From contig CBDCVR010000015.1 of the NCBI GenBank assembly GCA_965223155.1, positions 672,001 to 736,000 of the forward strand: DNA of 64,000 nucleotides. The letters are read 5' to 3'. A model generated the notes under the pieces. The model saw nothing but the letters and a program-made list of their open reading frames with translations, was not told the DNA's origin and ran no database searches. A program made the translations under genes and the position numbers. Source of the DNA: Candidatus Multivoradales bacterium (GTDB taxonomy: Bacteria; Acidobacteriota; Thermoanaerobaculia; Multivoradales; JAHEKO01). Shown here piece after piece: positions 32,104 to 42,121 of the stretch. The first letter of the stretch is position 1; the number at the start of each line of letters is the position of its first letter.

Positions 32104-33117
32104 CTACGCTGCCTTGGGAAAGGCTCGGAAGCTCTCACCTGTCACCCACAGCCTGTGGAGCAACACCGCGATCTTCCTAGCTAGCGCGACCACGGCCTTG
32201 CCCTTACCCAGCCTCTCGACCAGGCCCTCAGCCCATCTCTTGAGTGACGACTCTTTGCGACAGTTCAACGCCGCATGAGCTGCCTGCACCAAGAGTCTGC
32301 GCATCTCCGAGTCGCCCTCGCGAGTGATCCGGCCCCTGACCTCATGCCCTCCTGAGCTGCGAAGCGACGGTCTCAAGCCCAGACACGCTCCGACGTCGCG
32401 GCTTTTCTCGAACCGATCCGGACGATCCATCCAGCCGACGAACGCAAGGCTCACCAGAGGCCCCACACCAGGAACCGTCTGCAGCCGACGGACCAGCTCG
32501 TTTGATCTCGACTCGGAGATGAGGTCGTCTTCGAGATGGTGGATCCGATCGGTCAGCTCGCCGATTGTCGTTACCAGAGGTTCGAGCGCTCCCAACAGGC
32601 CGGCTTCGACCGACATCGACGCGTACCGAGCCACGAAGCTCTTCGCCGGACATGAGGGCACTCGGTAGCCCTGTGCCCGCAGCGTTCCGCGTACGGAGTT
32701 GATCAGCGAGGTCCTGGTCTTCACCAGACTCGTTCGGACCCGAAGACGCGTCCGAAGCTCTTGGGCCTCACCTGTGCGCTGGTAGACTGGTCGAAGCAAA
32801 CCCAGATCCAACCGGCTCAAACGAGCCAGGATCTCGGCGTCGATTCCGTCCGTCTTCAGGGTCGATTCCGCGATCAGACGTACCCGGCGTGGATTGACCA
32901 CCATCACCTCATGGCCGAGCTCAGACAGCAGTCGATAGACCCAGGGTGTGACCGGACCGCTCTCGAGCGTCACCTGCGAGCGTTCCCGATTGGCGAAGAA
33001 CCTTCGCAGGCCCGTCTCGGTCGTCGGAACCCGCCGGCGAACCGTCACCTCACCGTCTTCTGATACGCCACACACCTCGCTGTACTTCGAGTGAACATCG
33101 ATGCCAAGATACTCCAT
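32104..33117 (-). CDS. IS110-family DEDD transposase/recombinase
   Basis: GIDVH, LESG, KTDGIDA, VPGVG, LRSSGG, VALARK. Confidence 0.95.
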   Translation of the reverse strand: MEYLGIDVHSKYSEVCGVSEDGEVTVRRRVPTTETGLRRFFANRERSQVTLESGPVTPWVYRLLSELGHEVMVVNPRRVRLIAESTLKTDGIDAEILARLSRLDLGLLRPVYQRTGEAQELRTRLRVRTSLVKTRTSLINSVRGTLRAQGYRVPSCPAKSFVARYASMSVEAGLLGALEPLVTTIGELTDRIHHLEDDLISESRSNELVRRLQTVPGVGPLVSLAFVGWMDRPDRFEKSRDVGACLGLRPSLRSSGGHEVRGRITREGDSEMRRLLVQAAHAALNCRKESSLKRWAEGLVERLGKGKAVVALARKIAVLLHRLWVTGESFRAFPKAA

Positions 33118-33525
33118 GGTCGGTCTCCTTTCTCGGCTCTGATGCCGATTCTTGGTTATCTCCAACTGGCACAGTGTCCCAGCTGGAGACCGACCGACTC
33201 ATCTCATCTGTCACCCAATCTCCGCCCCTCAATCTTGGCCTACGTGCGACGGGCTTCCGGTGTGTCCGCCCGAAAGCCCGTCTGGTTCTGGCGGAGGTTT
33301 GTGTCGTTATCCACCAAGGTCCCTTGCGGGACACTCTCAGGCTAGTCAGGGCCGGAGCCAGCCGCTATCGCACCGCTGCTTGGAGCGCAATTTGTCAGGA
33401 AAGCGGCGGTGGGCAACTGCCCGTGCCGCTGCCCGGCGCATCCTGTGAGGCCACGAAGCAACTTCGTCCTCGGCGGGTTCGGAGCACTGCCACGGGAGCG
33501 CCGCGCTAGACTCCCCCCGGCCCCG

Positions 33526-34065
33526 ATGGAAGTCCTCTACCACGCAGCCATGAGCCTCGACGGCAAGATCGCAACGGCCGATGGCGGGGTCGGCTGGCTC
33601 GATCCATTTCAAAGCGAGGACGGCTACGGCTATGCGGAGTTCTATGCCTCCGTTGACGTTCTTCTTATGGGGAGAGCGACCTACGAATTCGCGCTCGCGC
33701 ATCCGCCCTGGCTGGCAGCGGACAGGCCCAGCCGCGTCTTTACGAAACGGGACTTGCCGATCGCCCACCCGAGTGTCGAGCTGACTGCCGAGCCTCCGGC
33801 CAAGGTCGTCGCCCGGCTCGCGGACGCCGGCCACCGGCGCGCCTGGCTCATGGGCGGCGGCGTTCTCGCGGCCTCGTTTCTCGAAGCCGGCCTCATCACA
33901 CGCTCGATCCTGGCGGTGATGCCCGTCGTTCTTGGAGACGGCATCCCGCTCTTCGCGGGCGGCGACGGGCTACCTAGCTCCCTCGAGCTCGTCGCCACCA
34001 AGAGCTATCCGGACGGCGTCGTCATCCTGACTCACGACTTCCCGTCGCGCTCAAGTGCCGACTAG
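33526..34065 (+). CDS. Dihydrofolate reductase/RibD C-terminal family protein
   Basis: AMSLDGKIA, MGRATY, WLMGGG, PVVLGDGIPLF. Confidence 0.88.
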   Translation: MEVLYHAAMSLDGKIATADGGVGWLDPFQSEDGYGYAEFYASVDVLLMGRATYEFALAHPPWLAADRPSRVFTKRDLPIAHPSVELTAEPPAKVVARLADAGHRRAWLMGGGVLAASFLEAGLITRSILAVMPVVLGDGIPLFAGGDGLPSSLELVATKSYPDGVVILTHDFPSRSSAD

Positions 34066-34176
34066 CGAAGCATCGCTAAGCTTCTGCATAGGGATCCCGG
34101 CCTCCGGAAGCACCCCCTACTCGGCCCTCCTCTCAGGCTCGCGGTCGATTCCCGATGGGGGCTCGAGCGTTTCTCG

Positions 34177-35022
34177 TCAGCCCGCGGGTGCCGATTGCGC
34201 GTTCGAGGCTATGGATGCGGCTCGCGCCTGAGGCGCGGTCACCGTCAACCGGCGGTAGCCAAGGAATGCCGCGCCCAGAGCGCCCGCGTACTGGACCAGA
34301 TCGCCATCCGGAACGTTGACCTCCGCCTCGAGACTCTTGCGCACTTCGTCGGCCATCGTCGGAAACCGCAAGATCCCGCCAAGAAGCGTGTACTCGGGCT
34401 CCATCCGCACCCGCTTCATGAGCTGAACCGCGCGCCCCACCAGCGAGACGATCGCGCCCTGCATGATGTCGGCGGGCGGGCGCCCGAGTGACAGGTGGTT
34501 GATCACCTCCGATTCGGCGAAAACCGCGCAAACGCCCGAGATGGGGGCTGGGTCTTTCGAAGTCGCGGCCAGCAAACCGATCTCCTCCGTCGGGTAGCCC
34601 ATGTACTTGGCGGTCTTCTCGATGAACGCGCCGGTGCCGGCGGCACACTTGTCGTTGAGGCGAAACGACTTGACCTTGGCGGAGTCGTCCAGGCGCGAGG
34701 CCTTCATCGTTTGCCCACCGATGTCGAGCACGGTCCGCGTCTCGGGAAAAAAGAAGGTCGCGGCGCGCGCGGCCGCGGTCAGATCGGTCACGTGGACGTC
34801 GCAAAAGGGAACCTGATGGCGGCCGAACCCGGTCGCGACAATGTAGGAGATCGCCTCCTCGGACAACCCGGCGTCCGCAAGCGCCTCCTCGTAGACACGG
34901 CCGGCGATCTCAGGCAAACGGAACCCAGTCCTGGCAAGCGACTTGCCCACGATCTCGCGGCCTTCGGCGAGCACCACCGCCTTGGCGTACGTCGAACCGA
35001 TGTCGATGCCGATGGTTTGCAT
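34177..35022 (-). CDS. Benzoyl-CoA reductase ATP-binding (activase) subunit
   Basis: [37 protein letters not shown]. Confidence 0.88.
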   Translation of the reverse strand: MQTIGIDIGSTYAKAVVLAEGREIVGKSLARTGFRLPEIAGRVYEEALADAGLSEEAISYIVATGFGRHQVPFCDVHVTDLTAAARAATFFFPETRTVLDIGGQTMKASRLDDSAKVKSFRLNDKCAAGTGAFIEKTAKYMGYPTEEIGLLAATSKDPAPISGVCAVFAESEVINHLSLGRPPADIMQGAIVSLVGRAVQLMKRVRMEPEYTLLGGILRFPTMADEVRKSLEAEVNVPDGDLVQYAGALGAAFLGYRRLTVTAPQARAASIASNAQSAPAG

Positions 35023-35840
35023 CAGACCGCCTCCTGTCGCTGCTCCGCGGGCCGATTGCCGGCCCGGAGCCGGTCGAGTCCAAAGAGACTGGCTCCCAGC
35101 GCACCCATGAAGTGCGAGTCGTCACTTACGTTGACCGGAAACCCGAGCTTCGTTTCGATGGTCTTGACCATGCCGATGTTCTTGGCCACGCCTCCGCTGA
35201 ACGTGAGCTCGGGCTCGATGCCTACGCGGCGAAGCAGTCCAAGCGAGCGCGAAGCGATGGACTCGTGGACGCCCAGGAGAATGTCCTCGATCTTCTTGCC
35301 CCGACCCAGCCAGGAGAGAATCTCGGACTCGGCAAACACCGTGCACGTGGTGCTGATGCGAACCGACTCCGTGGCCTGGAGAGCGGTTGGTCCCAGATCG
35401 CCGAGCGGAATGTCGAGAGCGGTCGATGCCGCGCCTAGAAACCGCCCGGTACCGGCCGCGCACTTGTCGTTCATGCAGAAATCCAGAATGTCTCCGGTTC
35501 TTGCAACGCTGATCGCCTTCGTGTCCTGACCGCCCATGTCGAGCACCGTGCGGGTGCCTGGAAACATGTGTACGGCGCCGCGGGCGTGACAACTGATCTC
35601 AGTTACTTGATCGTGCCCGAAGCTGATCTGGTAGCGGCCGTAGCCGGTTCCAATGACGCACTCGACGTCTTGGTCGGTGACCCCGGCGTCGGCCATGGCG
35701 AGCTCGAACGATTTCTCGGCCGCCGTGACGACGTTGGCGCCGGTGCTGATCAAAGCTCGCCCGACAATCCTTTCGGCGTCGTCGATCACAACCGCCTTGG
35801 TCTGGGTCGATCCGACATCCACTCCTGCCGCAAACGCCAT
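35022..35840 (-). CDS. Benzoyl-CoA reductase ATP-binding (activase) subunit
   Basis: [38 protein letters not shown]. Confidence 0.88.
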   Translation of the reverse strand: MAFAAGVDVGSTQTKAVVIDDAERIVGRALISTGANVVTAAEKSFELAMADAGVTDQDVECVIGTGYGRYQISFGHDQVTEISCHARGAVHMFPGTRTVLDMGGQDTKAISVARTGDILDFCMNDKCAAGTGRFLGAASTALDIPLGDLGPTALQATESVRISTTCTVFAESEILSWLGRGKKIEDILLGVHESIASRSLGLLRRVGIEPELTFSGGVAKNIGMVKTIETKLGFPVNVSDDSHFMGALGASLFGLDRLRAGNRPAEQRQEAV

Positions 35841-35867
35841 GCTGCTCCTCCGTTTCTCTAGTGCCGA

Positions 35868-37151
35868 CTAGCGGCCGCGCCGCAGCCGGTGGGCTGCAAG
35901 ACCTTCGAAAAAAGCGTCGGCGCGATTCTTGAGTTGGGCCTCGGATACGACCCGCTTGTCCATCATGTCGGACTCGATAAAGAGCGTAGGCACCTCGTGG
36001 CGCTGGATGAGCGCCCTCCGACTATCCGCCAGGCCGGTCGATACGGTTCGACAGCTCTTGATCGGATGGAAGACGACGCCGTCGATGGCGAAGTCCTCGA
36101 GCATGCCGGCAATGACCTCGTCGCTCTGGAACATCGAGTCCATGGCGTCGCGCACCGATACCAAGACGCCTTCCGCAAGGCTCTCGATGGGCCGGCGCAG
36201 GTCGTACTCGAAGCCGAGATTGTTCCCTCCTGAAGCGAACCATAGATAGGTCGAATTGACGAAGACGCCGCCCCAGTCGGTGAAGAGCTCGTTGAATCTG
36301 CGAAAGATCGGGTAGCAAGGAACTCCGACAAACGTGAGCCGGTACCTCTCCTCGACCGGCGTGCCGATCCCGCGTTCGGCCTTGTACTCCAACTCTTCGA
36401 CCAGATCGGAGAAGTACCGCGCCGCCTCGGGCGTGCCCCTGAGTCCGTTGGCAACGCCCAGGAAAATCGTGCCGTCGGTCAAGGCATTGAACACCGCCGG
36501 CCGGCGCCGGTTGAGATCGATGATCCGCTTCCATGAGGCACTTACGGTGTTGCAGTCCGCGAGCACGGCCCGCAGTCGATCGATATCGAAGGGTTTCCCC
36601 GTGACCTCCTCGCAGGTCGCCACGAGCTCGCGGATCTGTCCCTCGACGTAGCGCCGGTCGTTTTCGAAGTCTCGACTCCCCGGCAGGCTCGGAGACCCGA
36701 TCTGCCGCGTGCCGGGAATATCCAGCGTAAAGACCTTGGTGCCATGCAGGCGCTCCCAGATCTCGGCCCACTTGACATAGGTGTTGCAGGCGTTGGTCAG
36801 CACGGCCAGCTTGGGCGTCGGGATCCGGCCCGCGGGATGACCGCCTCCACGCAACTGGACGGCGACGTCCGCTTTGACATAGCCACAGATGTCCGGGGAG
36901 TAGCCGTAGTCTTCGGCTTCGTTGAGGAAATCGTCCGCGACATGGCGCACCGCCGTCTGTAGCGAGTTGATCTCGGGAAAGACCACCGGCAAGTCAAAGC
37001 AGCGCAGGATCTCGACGAAGCTGCCCATGACGAAGACGTAGGCCGCCGGCCGGTCCTGATCGGCGACGAGCGAGAGATCATCGAACCAGTCTTTGAAGAG
37101 AGTCGCGCCCTGCTCGTGGCCGCGCCCCAGGATTTCCGCGCTAACGCTCAA
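35868..37151 (-). CDS. bcrB: Benzoyl-CoA reductase subunit B-like (HgdA/BcrB family)
   Basis: PEIN, GYSPDICGYVKAD, CNTYVKW, IKSCR; TTG start after GAGG. Confidence 0.8.
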   Translation of the reverse strand: MSVSAEILGRGHEQGATLFKDWFDDLSLVADQDRPAAYVFVMGSFVEILRCFDLPVVFPEINSLQTAVRHVADDFLNEAEDYGYSPDICGYVKADVAVQLRGGGHPAGRIPTPKLAVLTNACNTYVKWAEIWERLHGTKVFTLDIPGTRQIGSPSLPGSRDFENDRRYVEGQIRELVATCEEVTGKPFDIDRLRAVLADCNTVSASWKRIIDLNRRRPAVFNALTDGTIFLGVANGLRGTPEAARYFSDLVEELEYKAERGIGTPVEERYRLTFVGVPCYPIFRRFNELFTDWGGVFVNSTYLWFASGGNNLGFEYDLRRPIESLAEGVLVSVRDAMDSMFQSDEVIAGMLEDFAIDGVVFHPIKSCRTVSTGLADSRRALIQRHEVPTLFIESDMMDKRVVSEAQLKNRADAFFEGLAAHRLRRGR

Positions 37152-37185
37152 TGGCTTTCCTCTCTGGTCATCGGTTCGTTGGCTC

Positions 37186-38397
37186 CTAGGCGAATAGGAG
37201 GTTCTCCGCAAAGGTCTCCAGCTGCAGCTCCAGATGCTCGAAGCTCGACATCGACTCCTGGAACTCGCTGACGAAATACGGGACATCTTCCGCGTCGAGG
37301 GCCTTGGTATACGCCACCTGTTCCTCGAGCCCGGGTTCGCACATCTTGGCGGCGGCCAAGATCGCGGCATCCGCGCTCGCATTCTGAATTCGCTCGAGAA
37401 GCATCTTCTCCTTGGGCTTCCTAAGATCGTGCTGCACCGGGCTGTAGGACGACCCTTCGATGTACACGTGGGCCAGGTTCGCCAGCGGGTCGCCATCCGT
37501 GCTCACCGAGTCGAGCAGCCAGCGGAGGCCAATGAGAAGGTCATCGTCAACCAGGTAGCACGACCGACCGACGGTGCGGATGAGGTCGAGCGGAGGCTGC
37601 TCGCAGAACCCGCCCTCGAACACCACCCGGATCCGGTCCTGACGCTTCCGCTGACGCTGCCGGATCAGAGGCAGCACGGACTCGAGAAGCTCGTTGTGCT
37701 CTTCGCGCGGCAGCATCCCGGCCAAGGCCGTCAGGACGTAGCCTTCCTCCGCCGACAACAGCCAGGGTGTGTCTCGCTTGATCTCGTACAACTCCCGCAG
37801 GAGAGCCCGGTTGCGGTTGAAGACTCCGATCGAGTGCCGCAGATCCGCATCGCCGACGGCCCTGCCAGACACGCTCTCGAGACCCTCGAGCACGCGCCCG
37901 TACTCACTCGTCAGGTACTCCACCGAATGACTGGAGTTGGCGTTCTGGGGCAAGTACAGAATCTGGCATGGATAGTCGACATTGCGGCTCCACACGGCAG
38001 CGAGGTTCCGAGCGGCATCGCAAATCGGATGGCTGACGAACATGTCGAGCTCGAGCTTGTTCGACAGCGCCAGCTCGAGCGAGGTCTTGAGAATCGAACA
38101 AAGGTACGACCCGAAGCGGGACTCAGCCTGGGTGGCATCGAGCACCGCTCCCCGCACCTTGACCGGCAGGAGGCCAGCGGCATGGGCCAGCTCTTCGGGA
38201 AAGTAGACCTGGAAGTGGCCCACGACCTTGCCTCCGGCTTCGCGCCAGCGCCGGACGGTCGGGTATTCGGGGCTCTCCACCAAGCTCCGGCAGCGGCTCA
38301 ACACCTCCTCCAGGGCCTTGGAGCTTCCAGGATCGGAAGGACTCGGCAATTCGGCCTGCCCCCAGTCGAAGACTTGTACCTGACCTTCGCTAAGCAT
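37186..38397 (-). CDS. bcrC: Benzoyl-CoA reductase subunit C-like (HgdB/BcrC family)
   Basis: [36 protein letters not shown]. Confidence 0.8.
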   Translation of the reverse strand: MLSEGQVQVFDWGQAELPSPSDPGSSKALEEVLSRCRSLVESPEYPTVRRWREAGGKVVGHFQVYFPEELAHAAGLLPVKVRGAVLDATQAESRFGSYLCSILKTSLELALSNKLELDMFVSHPICDAARNLAAVWSRNVDYPCQILYLPQNANSSHSVEYLTSEYGRVLEGLESVSGRAVGDADLRHSIGVFNRNRALLRELYEIKRDTPWLLSAEEGYVLTALAGMLPREEHNELLESVLPLIRQRQRKRQDRIRVVFEGGFCEQPPLDLIRTVGRSCYLVDDDLLIGLRWLLDSVSTDGDPLANLAHVYIEGSSYSPVQHDLRKPKEKMLLERIQNASADAAILAAAKMCEPGLEEQVAYTKALDAEDVPYFVSEFQESMSSFEHLELQLETFAENLLFA

Positions 38398-39151
38398 TGA
38401 CCCAGACCGGCTGTCGTTTCTCGAGGAAGGCTTGGAGGCCTTCTTCGGCGTCTTGCGTCGCCATCAGGTCTTCCAAATATTGGCGCTCGAGCTCCGGAAG
38501 CCGCCGCCGCACCTTGCGATTGATCGAGGCGCGTAGCGCGCGGGTGGCCAGGCGCAGCGACGTCGCCGACCGCGGCAGGATCGAGGTCTCCAAGAACGCC
38601 GCGACGACCTCGTCGAGCCGGCCTTCATCGCACGTGTGCGTCAGAGCACCGCACCGCATGGCTTCGTCTGCGGAGATCTCCCCCCCGCTCAAGACCAGCC
38701 GCTCGGTCATGGTGCGCCCGAGAAGCTCGGGAAACACCGCGCAAGCCAGCGGCGGGAACACACCGAGCTGGATCTCGGGCAGGGCAAATGCGGCCGTCTC
38801 CTCCGCGATCCGGAAGTGGCAAAACGCAGCAAGCTCGAAGGCTCCCCCGAGGCAGCGGCCTTGAACCGCCGCCACCGAAGGCACGTCGCATTCCATCAGC
38901 GCTTCGAACACGTCTCCGAAAGCGGACAGAAAGTCTCCGACCACGCTTCGCATGTGCTCCTGGATAGACGCCCCGTAGGAGAAGTTCCTGCCGGCGGCGG
39001 TAAGAACGAACGCCTTGAGATTGGCGTCGGCGCCGTGGGTCCGTATGGCCTCCGCCAACTCGAGACAGAGCTCACGATTCAGGATGTTTCCGGGAGGCGC
39101 GGCCAATTCGAGCGTACAGATCTCGGGCTCGCGGTGTACGTTCAGACCCAT
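38390..39151 (-). CDS. dch: Cyclohexa-1,5-dienecarbonyl-CoA hydratase
   Basis: Crotonase fold: [26 protein letters not shown]; operon context. Confidence 0.8.
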   Translation of the reverse strand: MGLNVHREPEICTLELAAPPGNILNRELCLELAEAIRTHGADANLKAFVLTAAGRNFSYGASIQEHMRSVVGDFLSAFGDVFEALMECDVPSVAAVQGRCLGGAFELAAFCHFRIAEETAAFALPEIQLGVFPPLACAVFPELLGRTMTERLVLSGGEISADEAMRCGALTHTCDEGRLDEVVAAFLETSILPRSATSLRLATRALRASINRKVRRRLPELERQYLEDLMATQDAEEGLQAFLEKRQPVWVNA

Positions 39152-40263
39152 CAGGCGATCTCCCGAGCTTCGGCTGGCGACACCGCCGCGATCAGCTCAT
39201 CATCCCAGGGCTCGCCCGCCGCCAGGCGGCGCCGAACCTCCAGAAAATCGACCTCCCGGTTCCCACGCTCGCCGAAATGGAACGCCCGAAATCCGGCCTT
39301 GGCCTCGGTCATCATGTTGAGCGCCAGCCAGGCGCGGTTAGACTCGCGGTTCCGGTGCCAGTGGACGAGCTTGTGCTTGCGCAGGGACTCGATCGTCTTG
39401 GTCGTGCAGTCGGGCATCGTCATCGCGAGCTTTGCGGCAAGCGCCTCGACCGCCGCGTCGAGGCGGGAAAAGTCCACCGCGCAAGCCTTGACTCGCTTCT
39501 TGGCCGCGGTCAGTTCGTCGCCGGTCCGAAACTGTCCGTAGACGATTCGACCCTCTTCATCCAGCCAGCGGTCGGTCAGGACCCGCGGATCGGCGATGAA
39601 CTTGCCGTCTTCGCGAAGCACTCGCTCGACTCCGGTAACCAGGCCGTAGCGGTCCGCCTGGTACGCGCTCCAGACCTCGCACAGCGTGCAGGATTGCATG
39701 GCCCGATCGAACCCGACGTAGAGCGGCAGAAAGTCCGTCGAGCCGCCGTCCGGGGCCGAGCCGTGCTTCGGACCGGCCTGACCGAAGACCGCGGTGTCGG
39801 CGGCCAGCGTGAAGTCGCAGGCCATTCCGATCTCTTGCCCACCGGCCAAGCGCATGCCGTTGACCCGGTTGATCACCGGCTTGTCGCACTCCAGGATGGC
39901 CGTCACCATGTCGTTGAAGAGCCGCATGTACTGGCGGTACTCGAGGGGACGGCCCGCATAGACTTCCGCGTATTCGGCGGTGTTGCCACCGGTACAAAAC
40001 GCTCGCTCGCCCACCGCGGTGAAGATCGCGCAGACGACGTCTCGCGACATCGAAGCACGGCGGAAAGCCAGGATCGTCTCCTTGACCGCCTCGGTGGTGT
40101 AGGAATTGAGCTGCTTCGGGTTGTCGAGGATGATCCAGGCGTTCCAAAGCCCTTCGACCGGCTCGCCCGCGCGTAGCAACGGACGGCGCTCGTAGCGGAT
40201 GTGCCGGAACTCGACGTCGGCAACGAGCTCGTGGTTCTTGAGGGTCTCTTGAGACATCGTCAC
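39151..40263 (-). CDS. oah: 6-oxocyclohex-1-ene-1-carbonyl-CoA hydrolase
   Basis: LDNPKQLNSYTT, FCTGGNT.EYAE.YAG, GPKHGSAPDGG, WLALNMMTEA. Confidence 0.92.
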   Translation of the reverse strand: MTMSQETLKNHELVADVEFRHIRYERRPLLRAGEPVEGLWNAWIILDNPKQLNSYTTEAVKETILAFRRASMSRDVVCAIFTAVGERAFCTGGNTAEYAEVYAGRPLEYRQYMRLFNDMVTAILECDKPVINRVNGMRLAGGQEIGMACDFTLAADTAVFGQAGPKHGSAPDGGSTDFLPLYVGFDRAMQSCTLCEVWSAYQADRYGLVTGVERVLREDGKFIADPRVLTDRWLDEEGRIVYGQFRTGDELTAAKKRVKACAVDFSRLDAAVEALAAKLAMTMPDCTTKTIESLRKHKLVHWHRNRESNRAWLALNMMTEAKAGFRAFHFGERGNREVDFLEVRRRLAAGEPWDDELIAAVSPAEAREIA

Positions 40264-40267
40264 CTCC

Positions 40268-41317
40268 TCAGAAGTCCGGAATCAGAATCGGCCGCCGGCT
40301 GTGGTGCTCCCGCGCCAGGAGTTCGTTGAGCCGGCTCATGGGATAGCGCTCCACGAAAGGCCCGATCTCGATCGCCCCTTCGGCCACCAGATCCAAGATG
40401 GCCGGAAAGTGACTGGGAAGACACCCCCAGTTGCCGAAGGCGGTGGCGTCGAAGGCCATCAGGTTCGAGAGCCGAACCTCGACCTTGCGCATCGTGAAGC
40501 CAACAATCACCAGAGTGGCGTTGTGGCCGAGAAGCGCCCAGGCCGTCTGCTGGCCATCGGCGGTTCCCGAACACTCCAGAATCTTGCGGCGGTAGGGATT
40601 GACGGCCAGATCGCGCTCCGCGGCCGCAACCGCGCCGCGCACGCCCTTGGGGCCGAGCTCGGCCGCGTTCAATTCGACATCGGCGTAGCTCGAGACCGCC
40701 GCCAGTCGCTCCGGATCGATGTCGATGGCAACGGTCCGGGCGCCCAGGAACTTCGCCGTCTGGAGCGCGAAGGTTCCCACCCCCCCGGCGCCGATGACGA
40801 CGGCCAGATCCCCCTCGCGCACATCCGCGCGCAGGACCGACTGATAGGCGGTGCCGACCGCGTCGGCCACCACCGAGAAATTGACCACCCGGTCCACGTC
40901 GGCCGGCACCGGACAGAGGAACTCCGCCGGACCCAGGAAATGGGATGCAAAGCCGCCGTCGAAGTCGTTTCCCGGCATCTTCTGCCGCCGGCAGACATTG
41001 CCTCGATTCGCTTGGCACAACGCACACGCGCCACACGGAAGCACCGCGGGCACCAGGAAGACCTCGCCCACTTGGTGCTCGAGCCCTGCGCCCACGGCAA
41101 CCGCGCGGCCGACGATCTCGTGGCCCAGGGTCAGCGGCAGTGGCGCGTTGGGTCGGACTCCGCCGTAGAGAAAGGCGAAATCGGTGTGGCAGAGACCGCA
41201 GGCCAGAACCTCCAAGAGAACCTCGCCGCTCGCCGGCTTCGGGAGCGAAGCGGTCTCGAGCACCAGCGGCTCACCGGGTTGCGCCATGCGCCACGAATGC
41301 AGCCGGGCCGTGGTCAT
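40268..41317 (-). CDS. had: 6-hydroxycyclohex-1-ene-1-carbonyl-CoA dehydrogenase
   Basis: CHTD, GHE, QKMPGND, RLSNLMAFDA, GNWGC. Confidence 0.9.
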   Translation of the reverse strand: MTTARLHSWRMAQPGEPLVLETASLPKPASGEVLLEVLACGLCHTDFAFLYGGVRPNAPLPLTLGHEIVGRAVAVGAGLEHQVGEVFLVPAVLPCGACALCQANRGNVCRRQKMPGNDFDGGFASHFLGPAEFLCPVPADVDRVVNFSVVADAVGTAYQSVLRADVREGDLAVVIGAGGVGTFALQTAKFLGARTVAIDIDPERLAAVSSYADVELNAAELGPKGVRGAVAAAERDLAVNPYRRKILECSGTADGQQTAWALLGHNATLVIVGFTMRKVEVRLSNLMAFDATAFGNWGCLPSHFPAILDLVAEGAIEIGPFVERYPMSRLNELLAREHHSRRPILIPDF

Positions 41318-42051
41318 CGGCTCGTTCTCACCGCGGCCCGCGCATCGCCGCCCAGCAACGGCGGCGTCTCCAAGCCCGCCAGGCTCTGCTCCACCTTGTC
41401 CTGACCGGTAATCGCCGGACAGCTGGCGACGGCACCGCAGAGAATGAGATGCCGCATGGATCGAGCCAGCTCTCGGGCATCACCGTGGCGCTTCGGCTGA
41501 TACCAACTGTAGAGCCAATTCAGCATGCCGAACAAAGAAAAGGTGATGCGCTCGACTTCGGCTTCGCTAGGAACGAGGTGGGGAGGGCGCCTGTTCGCGC
41601 CGGGCTGACCGCAACCCTCTGCGACCACGTCGGCAATCACCGCCTGGCCAACTTCGAAATACGCGGTCTTGAGCTCGCGGATCCGTCGTCGCTTGGCGGC
41701 CGGCAAGGATCCTGCCTCGTGGATCAAGACGCGCATGACGTCCCCGTGGGTCGTGCAGTAGTTGACGTGATTCAGAATGAAGACGTAGAGACGCGAGCTC
41801 GCTGCATCCACGTCTTCGAGAGCGTGCTCGGCGGCCCCGATCAACGTTTCGAAGGCCTCCTTCTGCAAGGCAAACAGGATCTCCTCTTTCGATGAGAAGT
41901 AGTTGTACGCCGTCGCGAGGCTTCGACCCGTAGCCTTGGCGAGCGCCCGCATGGACATGCCGTGGTAACCGTGCTCCGCGATGAAGCGGGCGGCGGCCTC
42001 GAGAATCTTCCGGCGCTGATCCAGGTTCTGGCGAGGGTTGCCGCGGCTCAT
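41314..42051 (-). CDS. TetR/AcrR family regulator
   Basis: N-terminal HTH GYHGMSMRALA..AYNYFSSKEEIL; first gene of the operon. Confidence 0.9.
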   Translation of the reverse strand: MSRGNPRQNLDQRRKILEAAARFIAEHGYHGMSMRALAKATGRSLATAYNYFSSKEEILFALQKEAFETLIGAAEHALEDVDAASSRLYVFILNHVNYCTTHGDVMRVLIHEAGSLPAAKRRRIRELKTAYFEVGQAVIADVVAEGCGQPGANRRPPHLVPSEAEVERITFSLFGMLNWLYSWYQPKRHGDARELARSMRHLILCGAVASCPAITGQDKVEQSLAGLETPPLLGGDARAAVRTSR

Positions 42052-42065
42052 GGCCTCAGCCTAGT

Positions 42066-42081
42066 TAACGAACGTTCGTTA
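42066..42081. promoter_or_regulatory. Perfect 16-bp palindrome TAACGAACGTTCGTTA, probable TetR operator
   Basis: Lies in the 70-bp gap between divergent tetR and hemerythrin genes. Confidence 0.7.
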
Positions 42082-42121
42082 GTCAACAGTGGTAGCCTCC
42101 AGAACAAAGGAGCCATCCCCA

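Larger units (their letters stand above)
31848..33209 (-). mobile_element. IS110-family element, IS1111 group
   Basis: 14-bp sub-terminal IRs ATGAGTCGGTCGGT (31851-31864 and 33189-33202), 7 nt from the left end and 3 nt from the right end; CT core at 31846-47 and 33208-09; TTGACG just inside the right IR. Confidence 0.92.
31761..33215. repeat. REP/MITE-like element copy 2, right inverted repeat split by the IS
   Basis: GGTGACGGGATTCC at 31761; GTATCCT ends 31847 and CTGTCACC resumes 33208-33215. Confidence 0.8.

Noticed and set aside
31739-33345. CTAG copies at 31739 and 33342 as IS boundaries
   Set aside because: The sub-terminal IRs and the restored target place the ends at 31848 and 33209
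33325-33345. CTCTCAGG as part of a glycine riboswitch
   Set aside because: The other conserved aptamer elements and a glycine-related downstream gene are absent
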